Assembly: GCF_037042905.1 (NCBI RefSeq)
Contig: NC_087263.1
Span: 12,030,001-12,094,000 of the forward strand
DNA length: 64,000 nucleotides
Source: Lytechinus pictus
Lineage: Eukaryota
Direction: 5' to 3'
The position numbers and the translations under genes were made by a program. Positions 1 through 14,284 of this stretch are shown here, piece after piece. The notes beneath the pieces were generated by a model. It was not told the origin of the DNA and did no database searches. It worked only from the letters and a program-made list of their open reading frames with translations. Positions within the stretch are counted from its first letter, which is position 1. Every line of letters begins with the position of its first letter.

Positions 1-948
1 ATGTAAGACGAACACTTCAGGCATTGATGAGCAAGAGTTTGAAAGTTCATTGTCAAATCAGATTGTGCATTAAACTTAGACAAGATTGGCCAATTGTGAA
101 ATGACCGTGCTTATTCGATGATATGCTCATTATGATATCTTTTGTAATTCTTGAGTTTCTGTCGCCTATCTCTTATATTCAGATTCACTTGGAAGTTTTT
201 GCGCAGATCATTTCTGATATGCCTCAGTATTTATTGTTTGTAATCTGCCTTGCTTGAACAATATGCTAACATTTTGGTCTCAAATTATAAAGGAGATTCC
301 ACTTTTACCAGAAATGTGAAATTTATAATCAAACATATTTTATAATTGTGAAATCTATCTCTGAAAATGGGTTTCCTTTTTTGTGGAATGCAATATATTG
401 CAGCAGTTTGATTCAGGGAACTTGATCATAGTACACACTTCCTCACCCAAGTAGAAGCCCTGAAGATATGTTACAGTAGAGTTTGAGCAAATGTAAAACG
501 AAACCTATATGATCAATATAGTTTCCAGGTTGGAGTACATTGAGCCATTAATCTGCAATTGATTTGTTGGACTGCAAAGTGTTTAAAGTTTATGTTACAC
601 TCTTTGCCCAGTAAACGTGCCTGGCAGTGTTTTGGGAAGATGATACCTGTTTATTGGAATCGGATACTGGTAGAGTATTTGGTGGGACAGAGTTTGTCGC
701 TGATTTTTGTGGGGATGGGGCCCTATTCAAGAACTTTGACAAGTGAGGGAGCAAAGCAACATAGCAGATTATGAGGGTATTATTCTTTTTTTTTTATTCG
801 AAATTGACAATAAAGGTGATCTAATGAAATCAAAAATATCAGCTAGAGAAAACTATTGCATCAGAGAAGTTTTTAATTTGTGACAATATGCAAGCAGCTG
901 CGCCCCAGATGACATTTAACATACTTTGCATCAAATACCACTTCTTAA

Positions 949-1541
949 AGGACAAGTCCACCCCAACACAAATTTGATTTGAATAAAAAGAGAAAAATCC
1001 AAAAAGCATAACTCTGAAATTTTCATCAAAATCGGATGTAAAATAAAAAAAGTTATGACATTTTAAAGTATCGCTTAATTTCACAAAACAGTTCTATTCA
1101 CATCCTGGTCAGTATGCAAATGAGGAGACTGATGACGTCATCCACTCACTATTTCTTTTGTATTTTATTATTTGAAATATGAAATATTCTAATTTTCTCC
1201 TCAATGTCAAGTGAAACAATGATTAATTCCTCACTGAACATGTGTAGAAAGCATTGTTTTATACTATATCGTTCAGTCAAGTTGGTCCTTATTGTCAAAT
1301 CTGTAAAAAGTGAAAAATTGTATAATTCAAACAATAAAAAACAAAATAAATTGTGAGTGATGGACATCATCAACTGACTCACCTAGTTGTGCATATGACT
1401 GTTTTGTGAAAAATAAGCGAAGCTTTAAAATTCCATAACTTTCTTATTTTACATCCGATTTTGATGAAATTTTCAGCGTTATGCTAGTTTGATTTTTCTC
1501 TGTTTATTCAAATCAACATTTTTCTGGGACGGACTTGACCT
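949..1541. mobile_element. TTAA-target MITE family A (Kolobok-like)
   Basis: TTAA|AGGACAAGTCC...GGACTTGACCT|TTAA; related copies at 11142-11720, 38697-39239 and 63561-64000. Confidence 0.8.
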
Positions 1542-1881
1542 TTAATGGTTAACTGAAAATAATTTATTTATAGAAGTGGGTATAAAGTATGTATCTGATA
1601 TCATGCACAAATATATTTTTTTCTGATAAAATTGTATTTTATGTAATATTTAGGCCTATATCACATATATTGTGGAGCTACTCTTATATGACACAGCAAC
1701 TTAAAAACTTTAAAATCCATACTTATTGATACTGATACATGACGAACTTTTATTTGATGGATATCTACCACCTTCACCAATATTCTTTAATTTTTCCTCT
1801 GTTATTAAATCCACGCTTATGTCAGGTTGAACTTTCCCTTTAAAGTAAACCTGAGAACATTGGACTTTATCTTTGAAACTA

Positions 1882-2069
1882 CACAGTAAAAACGTTGTTT
1901 ACCCTTTGAACCTTACACTAGTTGTCAAACAGTTTAACCAACCATGCTTAATTTATTGAGAATTAAAAATCAAACTTTGTTGTTTACAATTAAAACACTT
2001 GTTTAAACAACTATAAGGTTCATATAGTAAACAGCATTGTATCAAAATTTTAAACAGCGTTTTACTGTG
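1882..2069. mobile_element. CACAGTAAAAA MITE (related copy ~39338-39542)
   Basis: TA|CACAGTAAAAACG...CGTTTTTACTGTG|TA. Confidence 0.65.
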
Positions 2070-3079
2070 TAGAAGAATGTGAACGTGCCTTACTGGAATA
2101 GGGTATGATTGGTGGAAAGCATGAAAGACTGATGAATGAATAAAATGAATTGTGATGGGGAAAGATGGTCATGAATGTACCATTGCGACAGGAAACCTTT
2201 TATCAATTTTCGGTCGTTGGAAAGACTGCCTCCAGAGCGTTGTCAGGAAACATTTTCATTACGTCTAAAACTTGACGGATTGCGAGTGGTAGAAATGACG
2301 AAGGAGAAGGGGGACGTTAAATGACAGTTTTATCCTTGTCCTCGCTTTTCCTTACTTTAAATTTTAAACCCTACATTTTTTGAAGTTCTTTGTTCTGTTG
2401 CATGAAGGACGAACCAAAGTGTTGTGGCCATTATAGTGGTTTATTTCCAATTGGTCTAATGCCAAATCGTCTAATTACCAACTTGTCTACTATCATTTGG
2501 TCTATCATCAATTCTTCCACTATCCATTAGGCTTATTGCCATTTCGTCCACTCACCATTTTGTCTACTAATCAGTTGGTCCAATAGCCATTTAGTCCATA
2601 AGCCATTCGGTCTAATTTGATAAGTGTTAATTGGGTGAAATGAATGAAAATAAAATGGGTGTTAGACCAACTGGTTATATTATTAATCAAGTACTCAACA
2701 CCTTTTCTCTAAAGTAATGTATCACTGCCTGAGCTGAGGAATGTTATTCTGTATTCTCTCTCTGATTATTTATAGCAGACTCTGTCAGCCGAACCTCTCC
2801 ATGTTTCAGAGCCTTAACTTATTGTGACTAGTTGTCAGAACCATGGTAAACACTTTCACATCCATTTTAAACAGGGGCATGTCCAGAATTTTACACAAAA
2901 GGTCCTCAGGAAGTTGGTTTGAAGAACAAAAAGAGGTTCTCCTATCTATAAAAGACATAAAAGAGGGTAAATTTTCGTTTCAAAATAAGTTTCAATTAAC
3001 CCTCCCCCTCCCAGAAACAATAATAATTACATACACAAATAAATAAATACATTCATTAATTAATGAACAAATAAATAAG

Positions 3080-3217
3080 TGGATGGATGGATGGATGGAT
3101 GAATGGATGGATGAATGAGTGAATGAGTGAATGAGTGATGGATGGATGGATGGGTGGGTGGATGGATGAGTGAATAGATGGATCATTAGTAGCTCCATGG
3201 ATGGATGGATGAATGAA
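3080..3217. repeat. (GGAT/GAAT)n microsatellite
   Basis: Direct reading. Confidence 0.9.
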
Positions 3218-6189
3218 TTAATTAATAATAAATGAAACAAATGAATAAAAAAGGTAATAATTGTTGTCATTATCAAAGTAGAAGTAATTTTAAAATCACT
3301 TTAAAAAGGAAAGGTGCTACTTATGAAATTGGCAGAACCACCAGAGCCTGTGGTAAAAAGGGGGCATATGTGCCCCTTCCTCCCCTTCCTCTACTTGATT
3401 TGCTTGTTCTTTGTAAAATACCAAATACTTGAGAGAGTTGAATGTTTTTGCTCCTGTCAGCCTGGATAGAGTGCTAAAAGGGCACATATCTCATTTGTTA
3501 AGAGGCTGAAAGTGCAAATAGCTATTCTTGCCTGACATTGTTGAGTGTTTTAAGTACTGTAGCACATGAGGGAGTGTTTTTCAGTCATGTGTCACAACAT
3601 TTCGTGCATAATTAACCTATTTGAAACTAAGACATTGTCTGAATTACAATTCCCTTTGATAATGTACTTATGTATTTTGATCATTCAACAATAATATGTA
3701 GATTTTACAATTTAATTCCAACGTTTTGATATTCATTGGGTTATCATGCAATTTTTTTCCTGATTGGTTTGATTTGGGTTGCACAAAAATTCCTTTGATT
3801 TTCAAATTTTCTAAAAAGTTTCAGAACAGTAATATTGGGGACAGATTCATATTTATCCAGTTACAGAACATTATTCTTGCATTTAGATTTAGAACAGGTT
3901 GTCATAAGTGTTCATATTTTAAAATCAGGGTATACCATTGAAAAGTGTCTTCTGTACAACTTGTTATTTTGTCAAATGAGACAGTTTGGTCAAAATGATT
4001 GTAAAACATTAAACATACCATGATGTCAAACACCTCTACAGCATGCATAGTCTGAAGTTGTCATGTATATGGAAGCAAATTGCCATTGCGTTTTATAGTA
4101 AATTGGGCAACCGAATGTGTTGACATTCCTGTCTGATCAAGCGTTTCTATTTGGGTCAGCCAGGTACTTCTTGCAGCTGTCTCTCACATACAAGGCGGCA
4201 AAATGATTGATCATTGTTCTTAGAAATAGAGATGTCTGTCTTGTGCAGTCAAATTGACTTTGTAGACGCTATTGGAGAGAAGCATGTTGCTTTGAGTGGA
4301 AAGATATAGAGCATTTCTGTCTCTTGCTCTTGAAATTGTGTACTCCCGGCCTGTATCTGAAGTTTTTAGGCCATGTTCTATAAAAATTTAGGTTAAAATT
4401 ATGGGAAGCCAATGAAACTGAAATTTTATCATTTTTTTATTTATTGATGTATTGTTTTTTTGGCACTTTAAAATTAAAAAAAATATCATTTCATAAAATT
4501 ATAGAATATCATATTTACAGTAAATCTAGTCTCACTACTTCAGATTGTTTTATGCACTATGCAAGAGATCTGTGCCTGCAGACTAGGTCGGTAGGCCTGA
4601 AAATCTGAAAATAAGAACAAAATCAGGTTCAAAGAGCACTTTTGTTTTAGCTTTTATTTGCAAAACATCTTGTTTCCTTGATAGGTAAATCTTAGGCCAT
4701 CATTCAGCATCCCTTATTTCCTTCGATTGAATCAATTAAATCATGCGGTTTCTAGCATTCTGCTCATGTGATTTTACTGTAATCCTTGAGTATGTCCATG
4801 TTTAATGTTGCATTCAAGAAATGAACGTATGTGTAGGTGTTTTCTTTTTCTTTTTTCTTGTTACCATGAAATGTCTAATCTCAAATCACCAAATTCATGA
4901 TCACAATACCCATTTCAAGGATTTGTTTCACTTCCGGCATGCTAAAACTAATATAATGAAATCTGTACGACACAATTTCCCTGTAACTGGGAACTCTACC
5001 TCTAAAGAAATGAATGAAAGAAAGTCACTTAATTCCTTCAGAAATAGATTGTTAAGCTTGTTGATAGCTTGTTAATAATTTCTTGTATTTTGTGAGCGGT
5101 GTGTACATTTCTAACCGAGAATGAAATAAATGCAAATTGAATTGAAATGAATCGAATTGAATCCAGACAGAGATCTATATTAACTGTTAAAGGAAGGAAA
5201 TGGGATGCGGAAAAGGAAACCGGGATAGTATCACAAACTGTTATATTCAGGTCAATTGGTTTTATATATTCAGTAATATCCTGCATTTGTTCACCCATGT
5301 TGATCTTTATTTAAACATCCAGGGAACAGCCAGTCAATGGTTTCCCTTTTGAAATACTTATTTCAGACTATATTCTGTTATTTTCATTGATTTGATTTGA
5401 AATCGAATTGATGTATCATTCGTTTAAAGAGCCATCACATACAAATTACAGATATATTTGTCATATTTGATACACAAATGTAACCATTATAATTAAGTAA
5501 TACTAGTAGTTATAAGCCGTCAGCATTTTCAAAATATATACACATATACAGAGGGTATCATAATTTCCTTTGGAAGAAATTAGGTGTCTGTTTATTGTGA
5601 TTTGAAATAGAAATAGAACATTATTCGAATATTTTTATTCCTAATTTTCTATTATGTGCAGCTTCTACAAAATGTTAGTGCCATAAAAATAATTGTGCTC
5701 TCAGTAAATGAGTAGTTAGTATAAATGTATTACAGTGTATAATGCATTTTTTGAAAAAAAAACTCTTTCTTGCTAACCATGAGGTTTCTTGACAAAGAAA
5801 ATTGTTATAAACGGCGACAGGTTGCTTTAACAATCTTTGAACTTAGCAACTCTACTTCTTAAATTCACAAACTAGCAACTATAAACCAATATATCCATTT
5901 GAATCTACTCAACAGCCCTAAGGGTGTATCAACCAAGTGAACACATTTTCAGGTCTAAAGCGTCATCAGAGGAAATATTGCTGGTGTCCCTCAAGGTTGT
6001 TGCATATGGCCATTTTCATTTCTGTATGTATGATTTTACTTAAGTTCTTGCCAAAATCTCAAAACCCTAGTTCTTGAATGCTAGAAAGAACAGACAATAT
6101 CAACACTGCAGGGGTCAATTAGGTAAGTTAATTAATCATGTAGTATAGTTATTTGAAACATATTATTTTATTTCTCCTTTTTTTTACAG

Positions 6190-6284
6190 TCCTTCTTCAG
6201 AGTACAACACCCGTGTCTTTCAGAGAATTCTTTCTTGTCGCAACCAAGGAATCTGCCCCTAATGAATTTGCAGGAAATTTCAGT
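6190..6284 (+). CDS. SPON1: Spondin-1/F-spondin-like, internal exon (reeler domain); upstream exons not identified in window
   Basis: ttttacag acceptor, gtaagt donor. Translates (V)LLQSTTPVSFREFFLVATKESAPNEFAGNFS, resembling the F-spondin reeler segment VTL..FRGFTLIA..HAGTFQ. Ends phase 0. Confidence 0.85.
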
Positions 6285-6805
6285 GTAAGTCTCTTTTTTA
6301 ATCATTAAACCATTGCTAGAGCAATAAAACCGTGTATCTTAATAATTCAAATTTATAGAAGAATTTAAAAAGAAAAACCATGCCCGAATAATCATCATGT
6401 TTGCATTGGGAACTGTCTCCACTTTGACATAGGATATAGAGTAAAATTTAGATGATGTTTCCAGTCACTTCACTTTGCACTTCATGAAGCACTAAACCAA
6501 ATTGTTCAGGTGTATTTTTTTAGGGTTTCATTTTACAGGTGACAGGGTAGCAAGAACCTTGAAGCTCAGAATTCAAAGTGAAATTAATGTGTTGGTTTGG
6601 ATTTATTCATGATATAAGAATTAAAACAATATACAGTGTATATTAAATAAAAAATAAGTGCAAACATAAATACTTAAAAAGATACAAATGGATCACTCAA
6701 TTCAGACCCATTGAAATAATGGCTCTGGTCTTTCTAGATGTTCAATCAAAGTAACTAACCAATGCCTTTATATTTCATAGAAAATTCTGTGTGTTTTTTC
6801 ATCAG

Positions 6806-6939
6806 ATTACAGACAAATTAAAGGTGCGTTTCTCAGATAGGTGCAGCCATGCCTTGAAGCACACCTTCGCATCAAGTAAGACATCCATCTCGGCTCAGTG
6901 GATTGCTCCACCGGCTGGGACAGGGTGTGTCATTTTCAG
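6806..6939 (+). CDS. SPON1: Spondin-1-like exon (reeler domain)
   Basis: atcag acceptor, gtgagg donor. ITDKLKVRFSDRCSHALKHTFASSKTSISAQWIAPPAGTGCVIFR; WIAPPAGTGCV is the F-spondin reeler motif. Phase 0 to 2. Confidence 0.93.
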
Positions 6940-6960
6940 GTGAGGCCAAACAAACTTTAA

Positions 6961-7338
6961 AGTGATTGGTTAACATAGGTTTGACTTTTAAAAAATCTGA
7001 GCTAGAAGGTCACACTTGTCACCTGTGTCTGTGATATGTTACAAAAATGAAGCCCAGAAAAAATTGCATTCGAAAATAATTATTTAGTGCTTCAAAAATT
7101 GAAATATAAAGTGACCGAAAACACCATCTTAATTTCATCCCATACACTTTTGTGTACTATTTAGGCGTCTATAAGACGCCTATTTACAAAATCGGGGTTT
7201 GCCTTGTAGTTTTAGCTTTTCATTCTCAATAATGGTTGTTTTCAGGGTTTATTAGTTCTAATACATGCACTTGTACACATGTTTCATCTTGGTTTGAGAA
7301 TTTTTTAAATCGGCTGCTCACAAAGTTAAACAATACCT
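6961..7338. mobile_element. TTAA-target MITE family B
   Basis: TTAA|AGTGATTGGTTAAC...GTTAAACAATACCT|TTAA; near-identical inverted copy at 24252-24634. Confidence 0.82.
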
Positions 7339-7463
7339 TTAAGGTTAATGCGACATAATTGACAAAACAGTAAAATAAAGACTTGTGTTTTAGCAAGGAA
7401 GCTCCTCTAACACCCTCTTTCTAGTCTGCAAGCACAGACTCATATTTGATATTTTAACAAATT

Positions 7464-7746
7464 ATAATAATAATATAGGTATATTTACCCAGGAAAGCCA
7501 CTTCAGTTCTGAAAACTGTTCTCCAAGCGAGCCCTGCTATTATTATTACCCCGCCTTTTTCTGGGCTGCCTATATAGGCGCTCAAGCATACAAAAAATTT
7601 CTTCCTACCGGGTAGCCATTCACCTCACCTGGGTTGAGTGCAGCACAATGTTGATCAATTTCATGCTGAAGGAAATTACGCCACAGCTGGGATTCGAACC
7701 CACAGCCCTCTGTTTCAAAGTCAGAAGACTAATCCACTGGGCCACA
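7464..7746 (-). mobile_element. tRNA-derived SINE
   Basis: Minus-strand A box GTGGCCCAGTGG and B box GGTTCGAATCCC; body GCTGCACTCAACCCAGGTGAGGTGAATGG; (ATT)n tail. Confidence 0.8.
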
Positions 7747-7988
7747 TGCAATGCTCCACCAAGTCTAGATTGAAGACACCAAAGGCTCTGAGTCAAATAG
7801 TAGAGCCAGCCACAGTACATAGTGAATCTAGTCTCACTACTTCAGACTCTGCATTATGCACTATGCAAATTGCGAAAACCAAGGGTCTGTACCTGCAGAC
7901 TACCCTCTTTGAAAATTTTTCTGCTGAAGGGAAGTTTTGCTGTATGGCATCACCTTCTCATGCACACTTTATGCCTTTTAGCTCCCTC

Positions 7989-8597
7989 CACTCCAAAAAC
8001 TCTGGTGTTGATTTAACACCAGCCCGGTATCTATATATGTCCACACCAGAGAATTATTGAAACAGCACCAGTTTGGAATCAAACCAATGCTGTTTTAATA
8101 CCAATTGGTGTTGTATAAACACCTATCTGGTGTTAGACCAAAACCAAACTGGTGTTGTTTAACACTTCTCTGGTGTGGACATATATAGATTTCGGGCTGG
8201 TGTTCAATCAATGCAAAAGTTTTTGCAGTGCACCTTCTCATGCACCCCTTACACCTTCCAGCTCCCTCCCTCGTCAGTACTCGTCTTCCCTGTCTGGCTT
8301 ATTTCTTTTATATCTCTATCTCTCCATCTTTCTCTTTCTCTCTTCCTCTCTTGCTTCTTTCTTTCTGTCTACACTGCAAAAACACCAGTGTTGATTTAAC
8401 ACCAGCCCAGTTTCTATATCAGTCCACACCAGAGAATTGTTGAAACAACACAAGTTAAGAATCAAACCGATATTGGTTTAATACATGTACTATTGGTGTT
8501 AGCCTAATGCCGAACCAGTGTTGTTTCAACACTTCTCTGGTGTGGACCGATAAAGATACCAGGCTGGTGTTAAATTAACACCAGCATTTTTGCAGTG
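7989..8597. mobile_element. Two adjacent CACTGCAAAAA...TTTTTGCAGTG MITEs (~7989-8230 and ~8372-8596)
   Basis: Long imperfect inverted arms rich in ACACC/GGTGT; the two copies are similar to each other. Confidence 0.7.
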
Positions 8598-8863
8598 TAT
8601 ATCCCTAGTTCTCTACCTCCCAGTCTTTCTCATTTGCTCTCCCTCTGTCCCCTTGCTTTTTTCTTTCTGTCTCTATCTACCCATCTTTATCATTCATTTC
8701 TCCCTTTCTTCCCTCTTTTGCTTCTTTCTTCCTTTATATCTCTATCTCCCACTTTTTTTTCTCAATCTCTTTCACTCTCTTGCTTCTTTCTCTATATCTC
8801 CAATTCTATCTCCCAATACTTCTCATCTCTCTCACTCTCCCTGTCTTCCCTTGCTTCTTTCTT

Positions 8864-9258
8864 CAGGGTTCCCAGCCCATCAGGGAAAATTGTAATACTT
8901 TTTTCCAGTCAGGGAAAAATCAGGCAAATTGATTTAAAAATACCTAAAATCAGGGGGAAATGCCTCAAATGAGGGAAAAGTCAGGGAATTTTGATCAGCC
9001 CAAAAGTCGAAAGCATGGTAGTCAGTCAGACTCTGTTATATTTTTCTTGCATATCAAAACAACATCCATTGAATGGCTGGTTATTGTGGTACTAATTAGT
9101 TTTACATATTGTTTTTATACTGAAAATACATGTAATTCAGTGCAACAACTTAGAAAACATGCAAAACTAGGAATGGGTTTAAATAATTATCAGGGAAATT
9201 TTAAACTTCATCAGAGAAAAATCAGGGAATTTTTTTTCTTGAAAAGCTGGGAACCCTG
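8864..9258. mobile_element. CAGGG-terminated MITE with 5-bp TSD (TTCTT)
   Basis: CAGGGTTCCCAGC...GCTGGGAACCCTG with internal TCAGGGAA repeats; second copy at 17869-18268. Confidence 0.8.
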
Positions 9259-10032
9259 TTCTTACCATCTCTATCTCTGTCTCGTCATCTTTCTTCTTCG
9301 CTCTCCCTCTCTTCCCTCGCTTCGTTCTTGCTCTCTATCCCTCTATCTTCCTCTCCCTTTTTCTCTCATATTTGTAAATTTGTTTCCTCTCTTTATATTT
9401 TTCACTTTGAGCATCATTTTCATCTCTTTATGCATTTATCTATATGCGAAACACAAAGTCGATGAGCAGACACTGCATTACTAGAGCAAATAAGTTTTCA
9501 GGAAATCTCTCCTCGTGCTCGTGCACTCCTCAAGCTCTGCAGACTTCTTTTAGCGCAATTTAGGTTTTAATTTAGGCGCAGGTCCGTGCCGGGTAATGTT
9601 TTTAATTGGGTTGCTTAATAATAGATTACATATCTTGATTGGTGATTATTCTCTCATCAGGAAAGAGGCTGGGTTTGTTATGGGCATATTGTAAAGGCAA
9701 ACAAAGGTCCTACATTGCTTTTAGAAGGTTAATTGTTTTTTAATCTGTTTAGTCTTATTGATAAAGAGGATGCTACCTTAGTCAGCATTCTGTGAAAGTA
9801 CATCTATTTATTTATTCAAGCTTTCAGTGATTTTTTTCTTTTCATTGACAAAATGGTATTCCTTTGGGGTAGGGGCAGTACAGCAGTACACCCCAGCCCC
9901 CATACTATACTTTTTTTTTCTAGTAGAGATGGAGAGAAATAATACTCATTTTAGGTCCCTTTTTCAGGGAAATCAATCGTGCTTCCTTCAGGAAAATCAT
10001 TGTATCATATGAGTATGCCTACTTAAACTAAA

Positions 10033-10521
10033 AGGGGAAGTTCACCCTGAAATACAGTTTGTTGTAAAAATAGCAGAAAATATAATAAAAATATTGATGA
10101 AGGTTTGAGGAAAATCCATTAAAGATTAGGAAAGTTATTATAATTTTAAATTTGGGATTTGTGACACCATGAAGGAGCAGCTGCCCCATATGTTATGTAA
10201 TATAAAATGGATAAATTTCCATTTTTTGATGGTTGGTGATGACTTTTTTCTGTTTTCTTTTGGGGAAAGGGTCTGAAATGTTTTTGTCTATTGACTTAAT
10301 AAAGTTAAACTAAATTTTTTTTCAATCTTTTGAGTAAATGACATTTCTTTGATTTTTTTACTAGATGATATGTAGGAAAGTTGCTCACATATGTCATCAC
10401 AAATCAAGTAATTAAAATTCTTGTAACTTTTTTGTTCTTTGATGGATTTTTCTTAAACTTAGGGCAATATTTTTTTTTCTGTCATTTTTACAATAAACTT
10501 TTTTCAGGGTGAACTTCCCCT
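10033..10521. mobile_element. TTAA-target MITE family C
   Basis: AGGGGAAGTTCACCCTGA...TCAGGGTGAACTTCCCCT|TTAA; related copy at 19315-19848. Confidence 0.78.
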
Positions 10522-11141
10522 TTAAACAGAACAATCAACACCCCCCCTCTCCTGATAGGATTTCATCATGAAACATCTGCTACCCCTGTGCTGTAGTTTT
10601 ATATTCAAAGGTGTGACCATTATCATTCTGGATTCCACATAAAAAGGGGAGCAGCATGTTCGCAAAATATGAAATGTGCAGTGGTTTTGGAAAAAGGGTT
10701 GAAATCATAGTTTTGTTAATTAGATTTTTTTAAGAACTTATAAACTTAAACTTGAAATGGAAAAATAATGTCAACAATATTTTTTTATTTTTCTATTGCT
10801 GATTCTTTCTTATGATTCCCATCGTAAAAATTCAATTGAAAGCAGTCTTGTCATCATTATCAACCAGACATGAAATGATGTAGTCTTATTATTGATCTTG
10901 ATTAGATTACAGTGTTGACAGAGGGAAATGTCTGGTTTCACAGACAATCTTTCAATATTTCACAATATGGCTGATATTGTTTTTTAATTCAGAGCTAAAA
11001 TAAAATGCAAAACGTACATTATTTGGGGATTATTTAAAAAGGGTGTTTTCCTGCGATGAATTCATTCGCCTTTTGTTGAGTTGCATTTTATACAATGTAC
11101 AAAGATCTCTGAAGGGGGAATTAAACTTCATAACACTGTAA

Positions 11142-11720
11142 AGGTCAAGTCCACGCCAGAAAAATGTTGATTTGAAATGGAGAAAAATCAAACAACCATA
11201 ATGCTGAAAATTTAAAATAAGAAAGGTATGACAATTTAAATTTATACTTATTTTTCACAAAACAGTGGTATACACAACTCAGCGATATGCAAATGAGACA
11301 GTCGATGATGTCCCTCACTCACAATCTCTTTTGATTTTTATTGTTTGAATTATACAATAATTCATTTTTTACAGATTTGACAATAAAGACCAACTTGACT
11401 GAACCTTATATTATTAAACAATGCCAATTTCACATGTTCAGGGAGGAATTAATAGCAGTTTTACTTGACAATGAGGTGAAAATTATGATCTTTTATACAT
11501 GTATTTCATATGATAAAATACAATAGAAATAGTGGATGATGTCATCAGTCTCCTCATTTGCATACCAACCAGGATGTGCATATAACTGTATTGTGAAATT
11601 GAGCAAAAATTTATTTTTTTTTAATTACATCCGATTTAGATGAACTTTTCAGTGTTATATGCTTGTTGGATTTTTCTTTTTTTATTCAAATCAACTTTTT
11701 GTTGGGGTGGACTTGTTCTC
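11142..11720. mobile_element. MITE family A copy (opposite orientation, diverged)
   Basis: AGGTCAAGTCC start, GGGGTGGACTTG end; internal similarity to the reverse complement of 949-1541. Confidence 0.75.
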
Positions 11721-13429
11721 CTAGTTGAAAGGGATAAGACCTAACAATGTTCCATATATATACACGGTAAACTTTGATATTTTGAGTATTTTTGATAAAT
11801 AAAAAAAATCTTGGTCATATCTTTTATGGTTGTTATTCTTTATTATTTTACATTATTTGTACATGTTTTTCATTATTTTGTTCAGTATTCTATCAAATTG
11901 GCATCAAATATAATTCCTTCTATGATAGGGTCAAATTAGACCCATATAGGCTTAGCAATAGCTTTTTTAGAAGTTAACATGGTCAATTGATCATTCATTC
12001 AGGTTGACATAATTTATATTTGCCTTTTTGTATTCTTTTTAGGTGCGAATGGGCAGTGAAATCTAATTAAATAGTGAGAATCATATCATAGCCCAGTTCA
12101 CACCAGTTAGGACCAATTGAGCATTTATTTTGTAGGCCTAATAGGGAGACTGTTTACAGATAATATGAAGTCACCAACATTGCCATCAGGGAATAATTAC
12201 ACTGGGACTAAAAAAAGGTTAAAAAGAACCCTGGAATCTCAAAAGATAGCGGTTTTAAAGCTTATTCAATGTTTTGCAAAACCAGGTAGTAAGTTGTGAA
12301 AAGTAGCCCCTGAAAATTAAAATCAGTTTTTTGCCTGATTGCCATAATTATGAAATACTTTTTTCTGTGCTCTCTTTCATTTTTTAGGTGCAAGGAGTAA
12401 GTGCCTAATAAAAATATCATCATTGACCTGATTTTCTTTTATTTGTAGAATATGATTTATTTTTAAATTGTACCAGATGATTGAGTTTTTTGGGGGGAGG
12501 GGGGGGGCAGCATTCTCATCGTGAAGCTGTGCCTGATTCTACATAGCAATCACATTGTTGTCAACAAAGTAAATCTTCAGCTTTATCAATTTGGGCAGAG
12601 GTCTGATTCTCAGATTGGCAATAACTCTCCAATTCTGAACACCTCATTCGCAGGGGACCCATACACCTACACAAAAACATATTGGTTTCTACGTGTAAGG
12701 GTCATTTAGACTAGAGGTAAATGCATAAAGACGTTATTCATAATGTGTTATGCGCCATACAAGAACTGACTATTATTATTACTTTAATAAGATTCTTACT
12801 GTGCAATGCAGCTTATAAGTTATCTAGATGTATAACCTGCCATCCCAAAATAATTTGCCCAAAATGAATTTTTAGATTATCATTAAGCTTGACAAACTTA
12901 ACATAGTAAGCTTTCAAATTATTTGATTTGTAACTTGTCACAATTGATCAACGATGATTCACACAAGTACTTGATTGGATGTAGAAGAATTCAGTGAGAG
13001 CATTGAAGAATAAAGAGAAAACAAGGTTTAAAGCAATACAATATTTAAATCACATTGAGTAATCTACTAATAGTATAAACCTTCAAGTGACCTAAGTATA
13101 CTTTTTTACTTCAACTTCAAGCGGACCCCCTCCCAAAATAATGATAATTTAAATGAGCTGTGTGAATGAAGCAGTGTTTTGGTATTTTGTGCTGTGTAAA
13201 TGGACCCATGAGTCACTCCAGGATTTGATAAGTTTACTTTTGTTTTATGAAATCTAAGATTAGAAAGGTTATGGGTTGGTAGGTGGGTCAGCGAATTAGC
13301 CAAGGTGTGTCCATTTGATATGGTTGATGATTGAGATCATGGCAAAGTTCAAATTGCTTTGGGAGATTGGATTTCTAGAGGGAAAATCCTGTAGTTTCTT
13401 GCATAAAACCCTCAAATAATGAAAATGTG

Positions 13430-13553
<124 letters not shown>

Positions 13554-14284
13554 CATATGATTTGATTTATTGAGCTGTATGCCAAAGAGAAGATGGAGAA
13601 ACGATTGATTATGTTTGTCATGTGATTAAAGGTCTCAAAAATTGTGTAAGAGGAGATTAGGTTAACATTTTTATTTAAATACACAACGTATTGCATGGGC
13701 TTTGTTTAGGTGTATTTCCAATTCGTCAATACTATCTAAAAGAGAAATAATAACAAGTTTGCTATTTCCAGAGAGGAGTATTATATATACACAGGACAGT
13801 AAGAAATTGGGTTAACTAACTTAGTCAGAGAATCCAACTTTTGTGGGTCAAATCACAAAGTAGGGCAAAATATCCATTCCTTATAGATTTACGTAGACCT
13901 TTTCCCCTCCGTGTGGTATCACTGGGGAGTTTATATTACATTGCCGTCACTCAACTAAATGGTCATTGCACCCCATATTCAATTTTAAAATAAGGAGCTT
14001 CATACCACCTTCTAATAGAAAAGAACTAAGGACTAATTTGATTTAGCGTTTAAGAAGCGAAGATGGAAGATGGATGGACCCGCCTCATCCCTGTCTCCAA
14101 TTGGTTTCTTATTAAGGACCAGGGGATTTTAGAATGGAATTACCCTGATGAAAATAGGATCCGTTCTCCGAGGGGTAAGGACCGCAAGAAGAAGGTTGGT
14201 TTTCCATCTGACCTGTCTGTGATCTAGAGCATCTTTCTGATTTTACTTTTTTTTTTTCAAGTGTAGCACTTTTTTTTGCATTTA

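Noticed and set aside
1..6189. Spondin signal-peptide or first reeler exons
   Set aside because: No segment with convincing splice sites and reeler-like translation was found by eye; probably upstream of the window.
8590..9484. Hydrophobic 100-174 aa ORFs suggesting membrane proteins
   Set aside because: Derived from CT-rich low-complexity DNA and a MITE.
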